The position numbers and the translations under genes are program-made. A DNA stretch of 64,000 bases from Thermoproteota archaeon (GTDB taxonomy: Archaea > Thermoproteota > Thermoprotei > Thermofilales > B9-G17): assembly GCA_029258885.1 (NCBI GenBank), contig JAPDJW010000003.1, forward strand, positions 117,044 to 181,043, read 5' to 3'. A model generated the notes under the pieces. That model saw nothing but the letters and a program-made list of their open reading frames with translations. It ran no database searches and was not told the DNA's origin. Shown here in pieces: positions 9,915-20,632 of the stretch. How positions within the stretch are numbered: the stretch's first letter is position 1; each line of letters begins with the position of its first letter.

Positions 9915-9962
9915 TCAGCACTCAAGATCTTCTTCATTTCTCTGCAGGGCCAGAGTCATCAT
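9915..9962 (-). ncRNA. Box C/D guide sRNA, predicted guide for Cm34 of tRNA-Leu(CAA)
   Basis: Minus strand: C ATGATGA - 11-nt guide - D' CAGA - gaa - C' ATGAAGA - guide AGATCTTGAGTG - D CTGA. The D guide is complementary to ACUCAAGAUC. Confidence 0.75.
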
Positions 9963-10081
9963 CTAATTTAATCTAGGAATTAGTAGTATTAATTTTTAAC
10001 CTAGCATTATTCTATGATATGTTTTTCGCGGATTAGGCGATGGCCTGTAGTTTTATAATGGTTTACCACCTTAAACTAGTG

Positions 10082-12047
10082 ATGTCTATAGCTTCGGTAT
10101 GCCCTAGGGATTGCTACGATACCTGTTTTCTAAAGGTTGTTGTTAGAGGCGGTAGGGTAGTATCCGTTGTAGGCGATGATGCGAATCCTATTACGGGAGG
10201 TTTTACGTGTCCGCGAGGTGCTCGTGACAACGTTAGAGTATACGTCAATAGAGTCCTCTATCCATACGTTAGGGCTTCGCCTAAGCCAGGCAGGGGATTT
10301 AAGCGTGTTAAGTGGAGCGAGGCATTGGACTACGTGGTTGATAGGCTTAAACATGTTCTAAAAAACTATGGTCCTAAAGCCGTGCTTCACCTCGAGTATG
10401 CCGGTAACATGGGTCTATTAACGTGGTATTTTCCTCAGAGGCTTTGGAATGCATTAGGGGCCGTGGGTACCGACTACAGCATCTGTAGCAAGTCTGGTCA
10501 TGAAGCCATATCCCTACACTATGGCCTAAGCTATGGTGTTCAGCCAGATGAACTCCCTAACATGAGGCTGATAGTATATTGGGGATTTAACGCCGTAGTT
10601 AGCTCACCTCACTTATGGAGGCTATCTCTAGAGGCTAGGAAAAACGGAGCTGTTATATCTGCTGTAGACCCTAGGAGTAGTAAGACCGCTAAGCTTGCTG
10701 ATATATGGGTTAATCCTAGGCCTGGAACCGACGTTGCCATAGCATATGGTATCTCCCGATATATCATAGAGCACGGCTATATTGATGAAGATTTCATTGA
10801 GAGATGGACGTATGGATATGAACAGTTTAGGGAGGAAGCTATGAGGTGGACGCCCGATAGAGTTGAAGCCGTAACTGGCGTTAGATGGAGGCTTATTGAG
10901 GAGCTCGCTGACGTATATTGTAGGCTGAGGCCCAGCGTGACGATGATTGGAATAGGACTACAGAAGAGCCTCTACGGCGCTGAATCCGTTAGGGCGATAT
11001 CCCTAATACCAGCTCTACTAGGCATTCATAGAGGATTCTTCTACAGCAACAGTAGGGGCTGGTATATCGATATACCCTACATATCTGGAGAAAAGTTCCT
11101 TAAGAATAAGCCTCCTAAAGTTAGTCAGGTCGCTTTAAGCAGATATATTGAGGAGGGACGCTTTAAGTTCATATTTATCTACAACATGAATCCCCTCGTA
11201 ACCCTACCCGATCAGGGAGCATTGAGGAGGGGATTAGTGAGGAATGACGTATTTGTTGTTCTTCACGATACCCACTGGGGCGAGACAGCGGACTACGCCG
11301 ACGTAGTTCTTCCAGCCCCAACCTACCTTGAGAAGGATGATCTAGTGATATCCTACAGCCACAGGTACGTTAGGATATCGAGGAGGGCTATAAAGCCTCT
11401 CGGAGATAGCAGGGATGAAATCTGGCTCATGAGGGAGATAGCTAGGAGGCTGAATCTAAACGTAAGCTGGATATTTGAGGACCCATGGGGGGGCTCTTGA
11501 AAAGGCTTTAGATAATGCATTTGAAGATGGATGTTTCAGAGACCTAGTTGAGGGGAAGATACTCAAGCTTAAGTACAGGCCGAGAAATGAGTATCAGACG
11601 CCGACGGGCAGGATAGAGTTCTATTCAATTAAGGCGGAGAGGGAGGGGCTTAATCCGCTACCCCAATACCATGAATTCAGTATAGGTGAGGATGAATTCA
11701 TTCTGTTAAATAGTTCAACTGCAAGATACACGCATACTCAGTTTAGGGAGGTATATGGTCCAATACCGCCTATTGTCCTAATAAATCCTAAGGATGCCGA
11801 GAGACTTGGAATAGAAGAGGGAGACGAAATAGAAATCTACAACGAGCTGGGCTCAATTAGAGTAGTAGCACACACATCGTTAGATGTATCAGTCAAAGTA
11901 TTATGGTCGCCGAGACAACTAATAGATCTAAGCGGTAAACCACAGAATGTAATCACTCTATCTAGGAGACAGAAAATAGGGGGAGGACCAATATTTAACT
12001 CAATAATCGTTAAGATAAGAATATCCGTCGATAAATTAGTAGGCTGA
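10082..12047 (+). pseudogene. Molybdopterin-dependent oxidoreductase catalytic subunit, split by a frameshift in a G7 tract (11487-11493)
   Basis: CPRDCYDTC...CPRG Fe-S motif, DPRSSKTA, PRPGTD and ETADYADVVLPA. The C-terminal molybdopterin-dinucleotide-binding domain (TPTGRIEFYS, LINPKDA) continues in the next frame. Confidence 0.85.
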
Positions 12048-12139
12048 TTCGAATATGAGTATAAGCTTTATGGATTCCTAACTTAATGGAATTTCTTAAA
12101 TAACAACCATTAAAATATGTTCCATGGTGATGCAGTACG

Positions 12140-12397
12140 TATCGATATAAAGTTAAGGTTCTCTCAGGCTATAGAGTGACTATACCTAAGGAGGTTAGGG
12201 ATAAGTTGGGGCTGACCGTAGGTGATGAGATGGAGGCAGTAGTTGAAGATAATTGCCTTATTTTACGTCCTCTTAAATTACCTAAAGATCCTGTTCTAGC
12301 CATGTTAGGGATAGTGAGCAGCAATGAATTCAAATTAAAGGATTACGAGGAGGCTGTAGCTAAAGAGTTAAAGGAGAAGCTTGAGAGAAGTCAATAG
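12140..12397 (+). CDS. AbrB/MazE/SpoVT-family antitoxin, 5' end apparently disrupted
   Basis: YRYKVKVLSGYRVTIPKEVRDKLGLTVGDEM. The only upstream ATGs (12124/12130) are out of frame. Confidence 0.6.
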   Translation, partial: YRYKVKVLSGYRVTIPKEVRDKLGLTVGDEMEAVVEDNCLILRPLKLPKDPVLAMLGIVSSNEFKLKDYEEAVAKELKEKLERSQ

Positions 12398-12643
12398 CGA
12401 ATATCTATGTAGTTTCTTGGCGCGCTGAGATAAAGCGTACCTTTAAGGTTGATTAAAATTTCAGCTTTACTAATCCTACATCAATCCTATAGTGCCTAGC
12501 TCCTCTATGGAGTTCCCTTAATTAAAGGCTACTTGATAGCATCGGTTGATAAAAGCATATCTAAGTAGTTTTACTGAAGCATCCCTATGTTCTATTTACA
12601 AGAATGTTAAGACTTATAAGGCTTGAAGGCGGTTAAATTCTCC

Positions 12644-14041
12644 ATGGAAAACCAGGAGTTCATAGATATTCTGCATCGTCTAGTTGATAGGGGGTTAGAG
12701 CTTGGAGCGGAGTACGTTGACGTAAGGTATGAGGATACGGTAAATAATAGGATTTTCATGCGTAAGGGGGTTATGGAGGCCGTAACCCATAATAGACGTA
12801 GAGGCCTAGCCATTAGATGCATCGTCAATGGAGCCTGGGGATTATCCTCGACTGAGGTGTTTGAATGGGATTCGCTGCTCACAGCCCTAAAGTCCGCTAT
12901 ACACATGGCCAAGGCATCGGCGCCAGCTAGAACTAGGAGGGTTAAGCTGGCCGACGCTGAGGTTCATAGGGATAATGTATCCTCATTGGTGAAGATTAAG
13001 CCTACGGAGATTGATCCCGGGGAGAAAATTAAGCTTGTCCTTGAGGCTAACGATAGGATAAAGGAGTACGGCGACGTTATAAAGGATAGCCAGATAACCT
13101 ACGGCGACGTATGCTATAGGAAGATGTTTATAAGCAGTGAGGGGGCGGAGATAGGGATAGAGGGCTTCAGGACGATATTCTATGTTTCAATAACAGCTGG
13201 CGAAGCGGTAGTACTATCCCCAGCATACGAGGTCATCGGCGGAACGATGGGCTTCGAGCTATTTAAGGGAGATAGACATCTAGAAGTTGCTAAAACGGCG
13301 TCTGAGAGGGCTATAAGGTTGCTTAAGGCTTCTCTACCCAAGGGAGGACTAGCCACAGTTGTACTCGATAACCGCCTGCTGGGCCTTATAGTCCACGAGG
13401 CCTTCGGACATACAGCTGAGGCCGACCTAGTTATATCCGGCGATGTATTAACCGGTAAAATAGGTAAAAAGATAGCCTCGGATCTAGTTACGATAGTGGA
13501 CGATCCCGGACCTGAATATGCCTACGGCTGGATACCCTACGACGATGAGGGAGTTAAGGCAAGGAGGGTAGTTATAGTTGAAAACGGTGTTCTCAAGGAG
13601 TATATGCAAAGCAGGGAGACGGCTGGCGTACTCGGTATGAACGTTACTGGAAACGCTAGGGCACAAGACTACAGGTATGCACCTATAGTCCGTATGAGAA
13701 ACACGTACATGATGCCCAGCGACTGGAAGCCCGAGGAAATCATAGCCGAGACGAAGGAGGGATACTATCTCAAGGGCTCGATGGGTGGACAGGCCGATAT
13801 GAACGGTGAATTCATGTTCGTCGTTCAGGAGGCGTGGAGGATAGAGAACGGCGAGCTGAAGGAGCCGTATAGGGGCGTTACCGTCTCGGGAAACGCATTG
13901 GATGTTCTGATGAGCGTGGATGCCGTTGGAAACGATCTTAAGATAGATTCGCCGGGCACGTGTGGTAAATTCCAGCTGGCACCCGTCGATGGAGGAGGAC
14001 CGCACATTAGATGTAAAATAATTGTGGGTGGTAGGAGATGA
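12644..14041 (+). CDS. tldD: TldD metalloprotease subunit
   Basis: HEAFGH zinc motif, YDDEG, RMRNTY and C-terminal GTCGK..Q. Confidence 0.92.
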   Translation: MENQEFIDILHRLVDRGLELGAEYVDVRYEDTVNNRIFMRKGVMEAVTHNRRRGLAIRCIVNGAWGLSSTEVFEWDSLLTALKSAIHMAKASAPARTRRVKLADAEVHRDNVSSLVKIKPTEIDPGEKIKLVLEANDRIKEYGDVIKDSQITYGDVCYRKMFISSEGAEIGIEGFRTIFYVSITAGEAVVLSPAYEVIGGTMGFELFKGDRHLEVAKTASERAIRLLKASLPKGGLATVVLDNRLLGLIVHEAFGHTAEADLVISGDVLTGKIGKKIASDLVTIVDDPGPEYAYGWIPYDDEGVKARRVVIVENGVLKEYMQSRETAGVLGMNVTGNARAQDYRYAPIVRMRNTYMMPSDWKPEEIIAETKEGYYLKGSMGGQADMNGEFMFVVQEAWRIENGELKEPYRGVTVSGNALDVLMSVDAVGNDLKIDSPGTCGKFQLAPVDGGGPHIRCKIIVGGRR

Positions 14042-15345
14042 ATCTGGTGGAACGTGCAATAAAATATGGGTTAAAGATAGGTGCCGATGAAGTCCATGTA
14101 CGCTATAGCCGTTCAAGGGAATTCAGCGTAGACCTTGAGATGAACTCTATATCAAGGGTAAACTACCGCGTAGGGTCGGGATTATCGATACTGCTCTTCG
14201 TCGATAAGAGGATAGCGGCCGCCGCAATAAGTAATCCCTCGGAGAAGAGCGTTGAGGAAGCCGTTGAAAAAGCCTATAAAATGGCTAGAGCATCAAAGCC
14301 GAACGTAAACTGGATGGGACTGCCGAATCCCAAGCCTCTTCCAAAAGTTGAGGGACTATACGACGTCAGGTTAAGTGAGCTGGAGCCTGGTGAAGTAGTT
14401 GAAATAATGAAGAAGGGGCTAAGCATAGTTAGGGAGAAGGGCAACGTCAATGTAATGCAGGGCTCGCTCTCAATCACCGTATCTAAGGTACACATAGGAA
14501 ACAGCAGGGGAATAGATTGTAGCGAAAAATATACTGGCTTAAACGCTAGCCTCGTAGCTGTAGCCCAGGAGGCGGGAAAGGTGGGTAGCTTCGCATACGA
14601 GACGTATAGTTCACGTAAATTCGATTTAAACATAGAGGAGCTGGCGGAGAGCGTTGCTGAGAAGGCGTTAAGTTCACTACACCTTAAGCCGATCGAAAGC
14701 TTTAAGGGTTCAATAGTAATGGACTACGACTTCTCAGCGCTCTTCTTCCTAATGCTGACGATGGCGTACAACGGATTCCATGTATGGAGTGGAAGTAGTC
14801 CCTGGAGGAATAGGCTGGGCGAAAAGGTTGCTGCTGAGCGTCTAACAATTATAGACGACGGCACACTTCCAGGAGGAGTAAAATCGAGTTCATTCGACGG
14901 CGAAGGGCTACCTACGATGAGGAAAACAATAGTTAGAAATGGTATCCTGGAGAAGTACATTAACAACACCTACACCGCTAGGCTACTCAACATGAAGACC
15001 ACAGGAAATGCTGCATCCCCGCTGGACGTTTCCCCCTCAAACACTATAGTAGAGCCGGGAGACTGGAAGCCTGAGGAGATAATAGGCAGCGTTAAGAAGG
15101 GGCTTTTCATAAGCAGATACTCAGGGATGATAAACGTAGTAAACGGAGTGGTATCCGGAACCGTTAAGCAGGCATTCTACATAGAAAACGGCGTTAAGAA
15201 GTACCCCGTTAAGGAGTGCATGATCTCCAGCAACCTCTACGAAATGCTGAGCAACATAACGGCGATAGGATGCGAAACAAAGGATAAGGGTGGAATAATA
15301 GTTCCAATAATAAAGATAGATAACGTAAACATAATTAGCCGATAA
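14038..15345 (+). CDS. pmbA: TldE/PmbA partner subunit
   Basis: FDGEG, LTIIDDG and TTGNA; lacks HExxH; 4-bp overlap with tldD. Confidence 0.88.
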   Translation: MNLVERAIKYGLKIGADEVHVRYSRSREFSVDLEMNSISRVNYRVGSGLSILLFVDKRIAAAAISNPSEKSVEEAVEKAYKMARASKPNVNWMGLPNPKPLPKVEGLYDVRLSELEPGEVVEIMKKGLSIVREKGNVNVMQGSLSITVSKVHIGNSRGIDCSEKYTGLNASLVAVAQEAGKVGSFAYETYSSRKFDLNIEELAESVAEKALSSLHLKPIESFKGSIVMDYDFSALFFLMLTMAYNGFHVWSGSSPWRNRLGEKVAAERLTIIDDGTLPGGVKSSSFDGEGLPTMRKTIVRNGILEKYINNTYTARLLNMKTTGNAASPLDVSPSNTIVEPGDWKPEEIIGSVKKGLFISRYSGMINVVNGVVSGTVKQAFYIENGVKKYPVKECMISSNLYEMLSNITAIGCETKDKGGIIVPIIKIDNVNIISR

Positions 15346-15445
15346 ATCACAAAATCTTTTAAATTATGTTTTACGTTAATTTCATGCTTATGCGGTCGTT
15401 TAGTTTAACGTTAAACTTATATCGTACCCAAAAACTATCTAATAT

Positions 15446-15697
15446 ATGGCTGTAGAGAGGTATAAAGTTAAGGTACATAGGAAGGGCTTAGTGGTGATTC
15501 CAGCGGATATAAGAAGGAAATTCGGTATATATGAAAATTCGTATGTATACTTCATTGTGGATGAAGACGGTATACGTCTAGTTGTTCCAAGGGATTTAAG
15601 AAGCGCTTTTGGAGTGGACGGCGAGAAGGCTTTAGAAGTGGTCAAGTTAATCCATGAGTCGAGGAGGATGGAGGTTGAAGGAGAAATACATTCTTGA
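15446..15697 (+). CDS. AbrB-family antitoxin
   Basis: KVHRKGLVVIPADIRRKFGI. Confidence 0.85.
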   Translation: MAVERYKVKVHRKGLVVIPADIRRKFGIYENSYVYFIVDEDGIRLVVPRDLRSAFGVDGEKALEVVKLIHESRRMEVEGEIHS

Positions 15698-16097
15698 TGC
15701 AGGAGTCCTAGCGTTGTATTTCGCTGGAGATAGAAATGCTAAGAAGTATGTGGATAAAGCCTATTCCGGTAAAGCTAGAATATTTATCTCCGAATTAAAT
15801 ATGGCTGAATTCATATATAACTACGCTAGAGTCTTTGGATGGAGTACGGCATTAGCCAGAAATGATTTATTGCGGAATAGTCCTATGGAAATTGTGGGAG
15901 TATATGAGGATCTAACTTTAAAAGCTTCAAAATTGAAACTAAAATATTACGACACATTATCTCTAGCGGATTGTTATCTCATAGCTACTGCTAAAACGTT
16001 TAAGGCAACTATCGTGACAACGGATAGCAGAATAAGGTATGTAAATGAAGCTCCAACGGTATTGATAAAGCTCAAACAGCCATATACCATGAATTAA
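15675..16097 (+). CDS. vapC: PIN-domain VapC toxin
   Basis: YILDAG...E...SLADCYLIATA...VTTD. TTG start at 15675 behind a GGAGG RBS. Confidence 0.88.
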   Translation: MKEKYILDAGVLALYFAGDRNAKKYVDKAYSGKARIFISELNMAEFIYNYARVFGWSTALARNDLLRNSPMEIVGVYEDLTLKASKLKLKYYDTLSLADCYLIATAKTFKATIVTTDSRIRYVNEAPTVLIKLKQPYTMN

Positions 16098-16215
16098 AAA
16101 TAGAAAAATACATCTAATGTTTATCCGTGGTGTTATAGAATTAAAATCTTAGATTAAGGCTTTAGTGCCATAACTCCCTGGGAGGGATTGAGGAAAAATT
16201 AGGTGGAGTTAAATA

Positions 16216-17379
16216 TTAATCTAGTGCAGTAAGTAGACGTAGGTTTTCTTTAAATGCCCTCACAATTCCCTCCACTCTTTTCTCAGCACTTTCGATATCT
16301 AGGTCAGCGCTGTCTTGGAGGTACGATGCAACTTTCCCTAGCCATAGTATATAGAGTGCTTCAGTGCTCTTCTCCATTTCTCTCCTGAACTCCACAGCTA
16401 GTTTAAAGAAAAGCTTAGCCCATAAGTCGTCGGGGAAAGCCTCGGGCAACCCCTTCTTTAATCTATCTACAACCATATCTATTTCATCGGTATAGCCTCT
16501 GAGAAGCTCCCTCAGTAGCCTCCGCTTCTCCCTATACTCCATAATAAACCTGTTAATATTCGCCCTGATATCGACTTCAACATGCTGAGGACAACGCCAG
16601 CTATATCTCCACTTCAATAAATCCGTAGATACTCCTCTACGGCTTTTCGCTTTACGCCAATACTTCAATATAGCCCTAATGACTGTTCTCGAGACGTCGA
16701 AAAACATCCCCCTTAAGTGTTTTCCGGGATCCTTGGGGGAATGAATCTTCGACCCGAGGTCCGCTCGAGCTATACGCATATCCTCGGCAACGGCGGTGCT
16801 TGTAATGAAAAAGTCTATTCCAAACCTATAGACGTCGGGAGCAAACTCCTCCTTCCTCTCGAGCAGAACCTTAGCTAAGGTGCTGCTTATACCGAAATCC
16901 CCGCCTATCGGTTGCCTAACATCAGCCCCAAAAACCGATTTAATAGTGGGGTAAGCTAGGGTCTTAGTGATCGTTCCATCGTGTTTATCCCTGACATAGA
17001 GGGGGGTTACGAGGCCATAACTACCAGCTGCCTCTCCCAGGAGCCTTATCCACCACGGCTCAACACTCCTAAGGTCGCTGTCAAGCATTATTACGGCATC
17101 ATAGCCTCCATTAACCGCCATCTCCAGTCCATAGAGTATAGCGCTGCCCTTCCCAGGAATTCCCTTATACCTCTCGACACGTACCTCCACATCCTTTATC
17201 TTCAGGGATCTAACGACCTCAACTGTCCCATTCGTGCTTCCGCCGTCAGATACTAGAATTAAGTTATCCTGGTCGGGAAAGTACTCCTTCAGCCCCTTAG
17301 CAGCCGTAGAGACAACGTACGCTATAGTTGGAGCAACGTTATAGGATGGTATCAAAACCATAATCCCCATAGACCTCAC
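16216..17379 (-). CDS. GT-A glycosyltransferase, glucosylglycerate/mannosylglycerate-synthase-like
   Basis: SDGGS, GKG, DSD, and HDGTIT..LAYP....FGADVRQPIGGDF, FGID and HSPK motifs typical of single-step glycosylglycerate synthases. Confidence 0.7.
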   Translation of the reverse strand: MRSMGIMVLIPSYNVAPTIAYVVSTAAKGLKEYFPDQDNLILVSDGGSTNGTVEVVRSLKIKDVEVRVERYKGIPGKGSAILYGLEMAVNGGYDAVIMLDSDLRSVEPWWIRLLGEAAGSYGLVTPLYVRDKHDGTITKTLAYPTIKSVFGADVRQPIGGDFGISSTLAKVLLERKEEFAPDVYRFGIDFFITSTAVAEDMRIARADLGSKIHSPKDPGKHLRGMFFDVSRTVIRAILKYWRKAKSRRGVSTDLLKWRYSWRCPQHVEVDIRANINRFIMEYREKRRLLRELLRGYTDEIDMVVDRLKKGLPEAFPDDLWAKLFFKLAVEFRREMEKSTEALYILWLGKVASYLQDSADLDIESAEKRVEGIVRAFKENLRLLTALD

Positions 17380-19535
17380 CTCAGGTCGATCACTAAGAAC
17401 ACGTATTCGTCGAGCCTAGGTATCTCCACTATAGCTCTGCCATTCTCCTCTCTAAACTCGCAGATTCTGTCTCTGAGGGGCTCATATACCCGTGCAACAT
17501 CGAAGCCTCTAACGACTACCCTAACGTCTACAAGCGGTGTAATCCTCGTCGGCGGATGAACGCATTCGGGAGTTGAAGTCCACATAGTATTTGTAGCCGT
17601 ATTACCCCTCACTAAAATCCTGTCAGGATACGTGTGGTTGAGCAGGTGAATTAACAGCTGTCCATTCCTTCTATAGGCTTCAAGCTCAACGAAGCCGTGC
17701 GACTTAACCGCTACAGGCGGCTCTCCTGCAATATACTTCATCGAATTAAGCATAAGCCTACCTATATCGGGTGATCCATTCCTCCAGTATATTCTGCCGG
17801 GCTGACCGCTGAAGTACACCCACCTTTCGCCTACAACTATAGCCGGTATATCGGTATCTACGGTGGGAGGCGGAGGACTACGACCATTCTCGTATTCATT
17901 CCCAAACTCCCGCTTAGTTAAGGTTAGGTACGCAACCTCCTCCCCTCCCTCGTGTTCAGCATAGACGTGCCAGCCCAGTTCAGGAGGTGTACGCCTGTAG
18001 GTAAACTCCCTATCAAAGTCTCCCCAAAGTATATGTCTCCTCCTAATCCCTTCCGTAATCACGTGCTGATCGCTCAGCCTAATATAGCTCCACTTGCTAC
18101 TAATAATAGAATTAAAGCTTATGTCAAGTAATTGCTTAAGTCTAGTCTCCTCAAGCCTACACCCATTTTTATCCAGTAGCCCAGTCTTGTAGGTCGCAAT
18201 GATACCTCCGCCGGATTTAATGTAATCTTTCAAGTTTCCTAGGCCTTCCTTTGAAAGCGACCACACGTTGGCAAGCACTATACACCTATACTCCTTAAAC
18301 CTGCCCTCATCGAGGCATGTATCGGACACGTAGTTCACAGGGAGACCGTTGAGGAGGGCAACATAGTAGAAGCCTCTAAAGGAGTCAGCTATATGGGGCG
18401 ACATCTTCACTCCAGACCAATCTCGGCTCCTATTGGAAAAGACAACCCCAACGTATGGCAGTGGTTCAGCATCCAGCATATACTCCTCAAGCCTCTCTAC
18501 TTCCTCGAAAACCTGTCTAACGGGATCGGGATTAACGTTGTTCATGAAGGTTGAGGCGAAAACCAGGTAAACGGGCCATCCGCCGCCTGCAAAAGCCTCC
18601 CTCAATCCCTGTCTAATAGCTACATCAGTAGTATTGCTGGAGGTTAATGCCATGTGGAAGCTATTTCTAGTCGCCCAGACGGGTTTACCGGTTAACGCTC
18701 TAGTCAATTTAACCATCTCTGCAATGAACCCAGGAGGCTGATAATCAACCTCACTGCACTCCGCGAAAAATATATCAACGAAATTCCTCGAGAGCTCGGC
18801 TATCGTATTAGCCCTACCCCTCCAAGCTAGGGGATGATTATTATATATTAAAACATGATTATCTCCTATTCTCTGTGAGACAATTTTCAGAGATTTAACG
18901 TTAACGTTAATTCTCCACAAAAAGCTCCTCCTATATAGTTCGCTCTCAAGTTCCTCCTTAGCTGGCAGATCCTTGCCGCTTTCATTTCTAAACTTATTTC
19001 TACACCACTCGCAGAAGCAGGCTCTATCGACGTCGGGCATATACCTGAAGCTATCTAGGAATATTCCATCAACACCATACTTCAGAACCTCATCCGCCTC
19101 CATTAAAACATGGTTTAGGAATGGAGAGTTTAAGCACATGAGAGGCCAAGTAGCTTTTTCCCTAGATACGAAAGAGGGATCTGTATCCATAGTAATCACT
19201 CTACCATTCATATCCCTCTGAGCCCAGTCAGGATGCTTAGAGTAGAGCTCAGGGTTTGTAGTATGTCCTATCATTGGTATGACAGCTATACCATGTTTTG
19301 AGGCCTCCTCTACGACTTCTCTAAGGAAATCCCTATCTCCAAGCTTAGCTATCTTTCTGGCAATGTTACTGTTATAGAAGGCTCTACCCCAAGCATCTCT
19401 AGCGAAGAACGTAATAGTATTTGCGCCTATCTTCAGCGCAAACTTAACTATATCACTGCCTCTAATCCTATCTACTGCGTAGCCCTGTTCATCCTCAAAG
19501 TTGAATTGGAGAACCCTAGTATATTTGAACTTCAC
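17376..19535 (-). CDS. Putative glycoside hydrolase (GHL6/GH10-like TIM barrel + beta-galactosidase trimerisation-like domain)
   Basis: FFARDAWG, HPDWAQRD, CLNSP, DGIFLDS and CFCEWCR; C-terminal glutamine-amidotransferase-like domain. Confidence 0.7.
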   Translation of the reverse strand: MKFKYTRVLQFNFEDEQGYAVDRIRGSDIVKFALKIGANTITFFARDAWGRAFYNSNIARKIAKLGDRDFLREVVEEASKHGIAVIPMIGHTTNPELYSKHPDWAQRDMNGRVITMDTDPSFVSREKATWPLMCLNSPFLNHVLMEADEVLKYGVDGIFLDSFRYMPDVDRACFCEWCRNKFRNESGKDLPAKEELESELYRRSFLWRINVNVKSLKIVSQRIGDNHVLIYNNHPLAWRGRANTIAELSRNFVDIFFAECSEVDYQPPGFIAEMVKLTRALTGKPVWATRNSFHMALTSSNTTDVAIRQGLREAFAGGGWPVYLVFASTFMNNVNPDPVRQVFEEVERLEEYMLDAEPLPYVGVVFSNRSRDWSGVKMSPHIADSFRGFYYVALLNGLPVNYVSDTCLDEGRFKEYRCIVLANVWSLSKEGLGNLKDYIKSGGGIIATYKTGLLDKNGCRLEETRLKQLLDISFNSIISSKWSYIRLSDQHVITEGIRRRHILWGDFDREFTYRRTPPELGWHVYAEHEGGEEVAYLTLTKREFGNEYENGRSPPPPTVDTDIPAIVVGERWVYFSGQPGRIYWRNGSPDIGRLMLNSMKYIAGEPPVAVKSHGFVELEAYRRNGQLLIHLLNHTYPDRILVRGNTATNTMWTSTPECVHPPTRITPLVDVRVVVRGFDVARVYEPLRDRICEFREENGRAIVEIPRLDEYVFLVIDLR

Positions 19536-19537
19536 AT

Positions 19538-20563
19538 CTACACCTCTTTAATCAACATTTCACTTGTAGCGAAATCCTCAACTATCGCATCAGGCCCGCC
19601 AGCCGTATAAATATTGCCATCATCGGACCTAACATGTATCTGTGCAATACCCGTCTCAGGGTCGAAGAACGCCTTAATTATCTCGCCCTCAAGGTTACCG
19701 TCCTCGCCCGGTTTCCTAAGCCATCTACCCCTAAATATTCCCCACAACCTACATCCCCTCTCAATAAGCTTACGCACCTCAATTAATCCCAGCTTAAACA
19801 TCGTATATTTAACCGGAAGCTTTATATCCTCGTCAATAATAGTCCTACTCCTAAGCCACCTGTAGAAGAAGTCCTGAAGAAGATAGTCTATCAACATAGG
19901 TTCCTCAACGGCGATACCGTAGCTGGGCAGAGTTTCGATCTCATTCCTCCTCTGAGCAAGAATGCCTATCTGAGAATCCGCCACAACCAGAAGATCACCG
20001 GATACCGCACGCTTAACCTTATGGAAGCCTTCAAGAACTTTCTCCCTAAACTTAACGCCAGGAATATCGTAGACTATAACATATACCGTAACCCCGCGTC
20101 TCTGAGCAGCGATGACATATTTCCTCAGCTTAGAGATAAAAACTATGTCGCCGCTTATAGCTAGATCCACTTTAGCTCTACTAACAGCCTTAACGTATCT
20201 TCCGATAAGTCCTCTCCTACTCTTAAATATCCATACACCATACTCCTCTCCCTCTTTCTTACGTGGAATAGTATTAATGAAGCTCTTAGATTTATCCAGC
20301 ATATCATCAAACTCCTCACTAATAATCTCGAACAGTGTCTCGGGCTCAACGGCCCTATACATTGCTGGCTTACCCTCATGGACCTCAACAAGACCTCTAA
20401 GGATCAGCCTCCTAAGCGATGCGTGAACCTGAGGGCGATGTACTCCAAGTATTTCAGCAAGTCTACTGGGCGATAAAGGTCCGTGGCTAAGCAGAGCTAC
20501 ATACACCTTAGCTTCAAATGCCGTTAGGTCAAGCGTCCTAAAGAGTTTCTGTAGGTTCTCCAA
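19538..20563 (-). CDS. trmB: TrmB-family sugar-responsive transcriptional regulator
   Basis: LTAFEAKVYVALL wHTH, YRAVEPE, and a C-terminal sugar-binding region. Confidence 0.85.
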   Translation of the reverse strand: MENLQKLFRTLDLTAFEAKVYVALLSHGPLSPSRLAEILGVHRPQVHASLRRLILRGLVEVHEGKPAMYRAVEPETLFEIISEEFDDMLDKSKSFINTIPRKKEGEEYGVWIFKSRRGLIGRYVKAVSRAKVDLAISGDIVFISKLRKYVIAAQRRGVTVYVIVYDIPGVKFREKVLEGFHKVKRAVSGDLLVVADSQIGILAQRRNEIETLPSYGIAVEEPMLIDYLLQDFFYRWLRSRTIIDEDIKLPVKYTMFKLGLIEVRKLIERGCRLWGIFRGRWLRKPGEDGNLEGEIIKAFFDPETGIAQIHVRSDDGNIYTAGGPDAIVEDFATSEMLIKEV

Positions 20564-20614
20564 GCTCCCCCTCCTATTGAAAAATGTAGTAACATTTATT
20601 AATACTTTTTTCCT

Positions 20615-20630
20615 AATATTACATGTGATA
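20615..20630. promoter_or_regulatory. Palindrome ATATTACATGTGATAT, candidate TrmB operator
   Basis: 14/16 dyad symmetry in the 69-bp divergent trmB/ABC intergenic region, ending 2 bp before the ATG. Confidence 0.4.
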
Positions 20631-20632
20631 TC

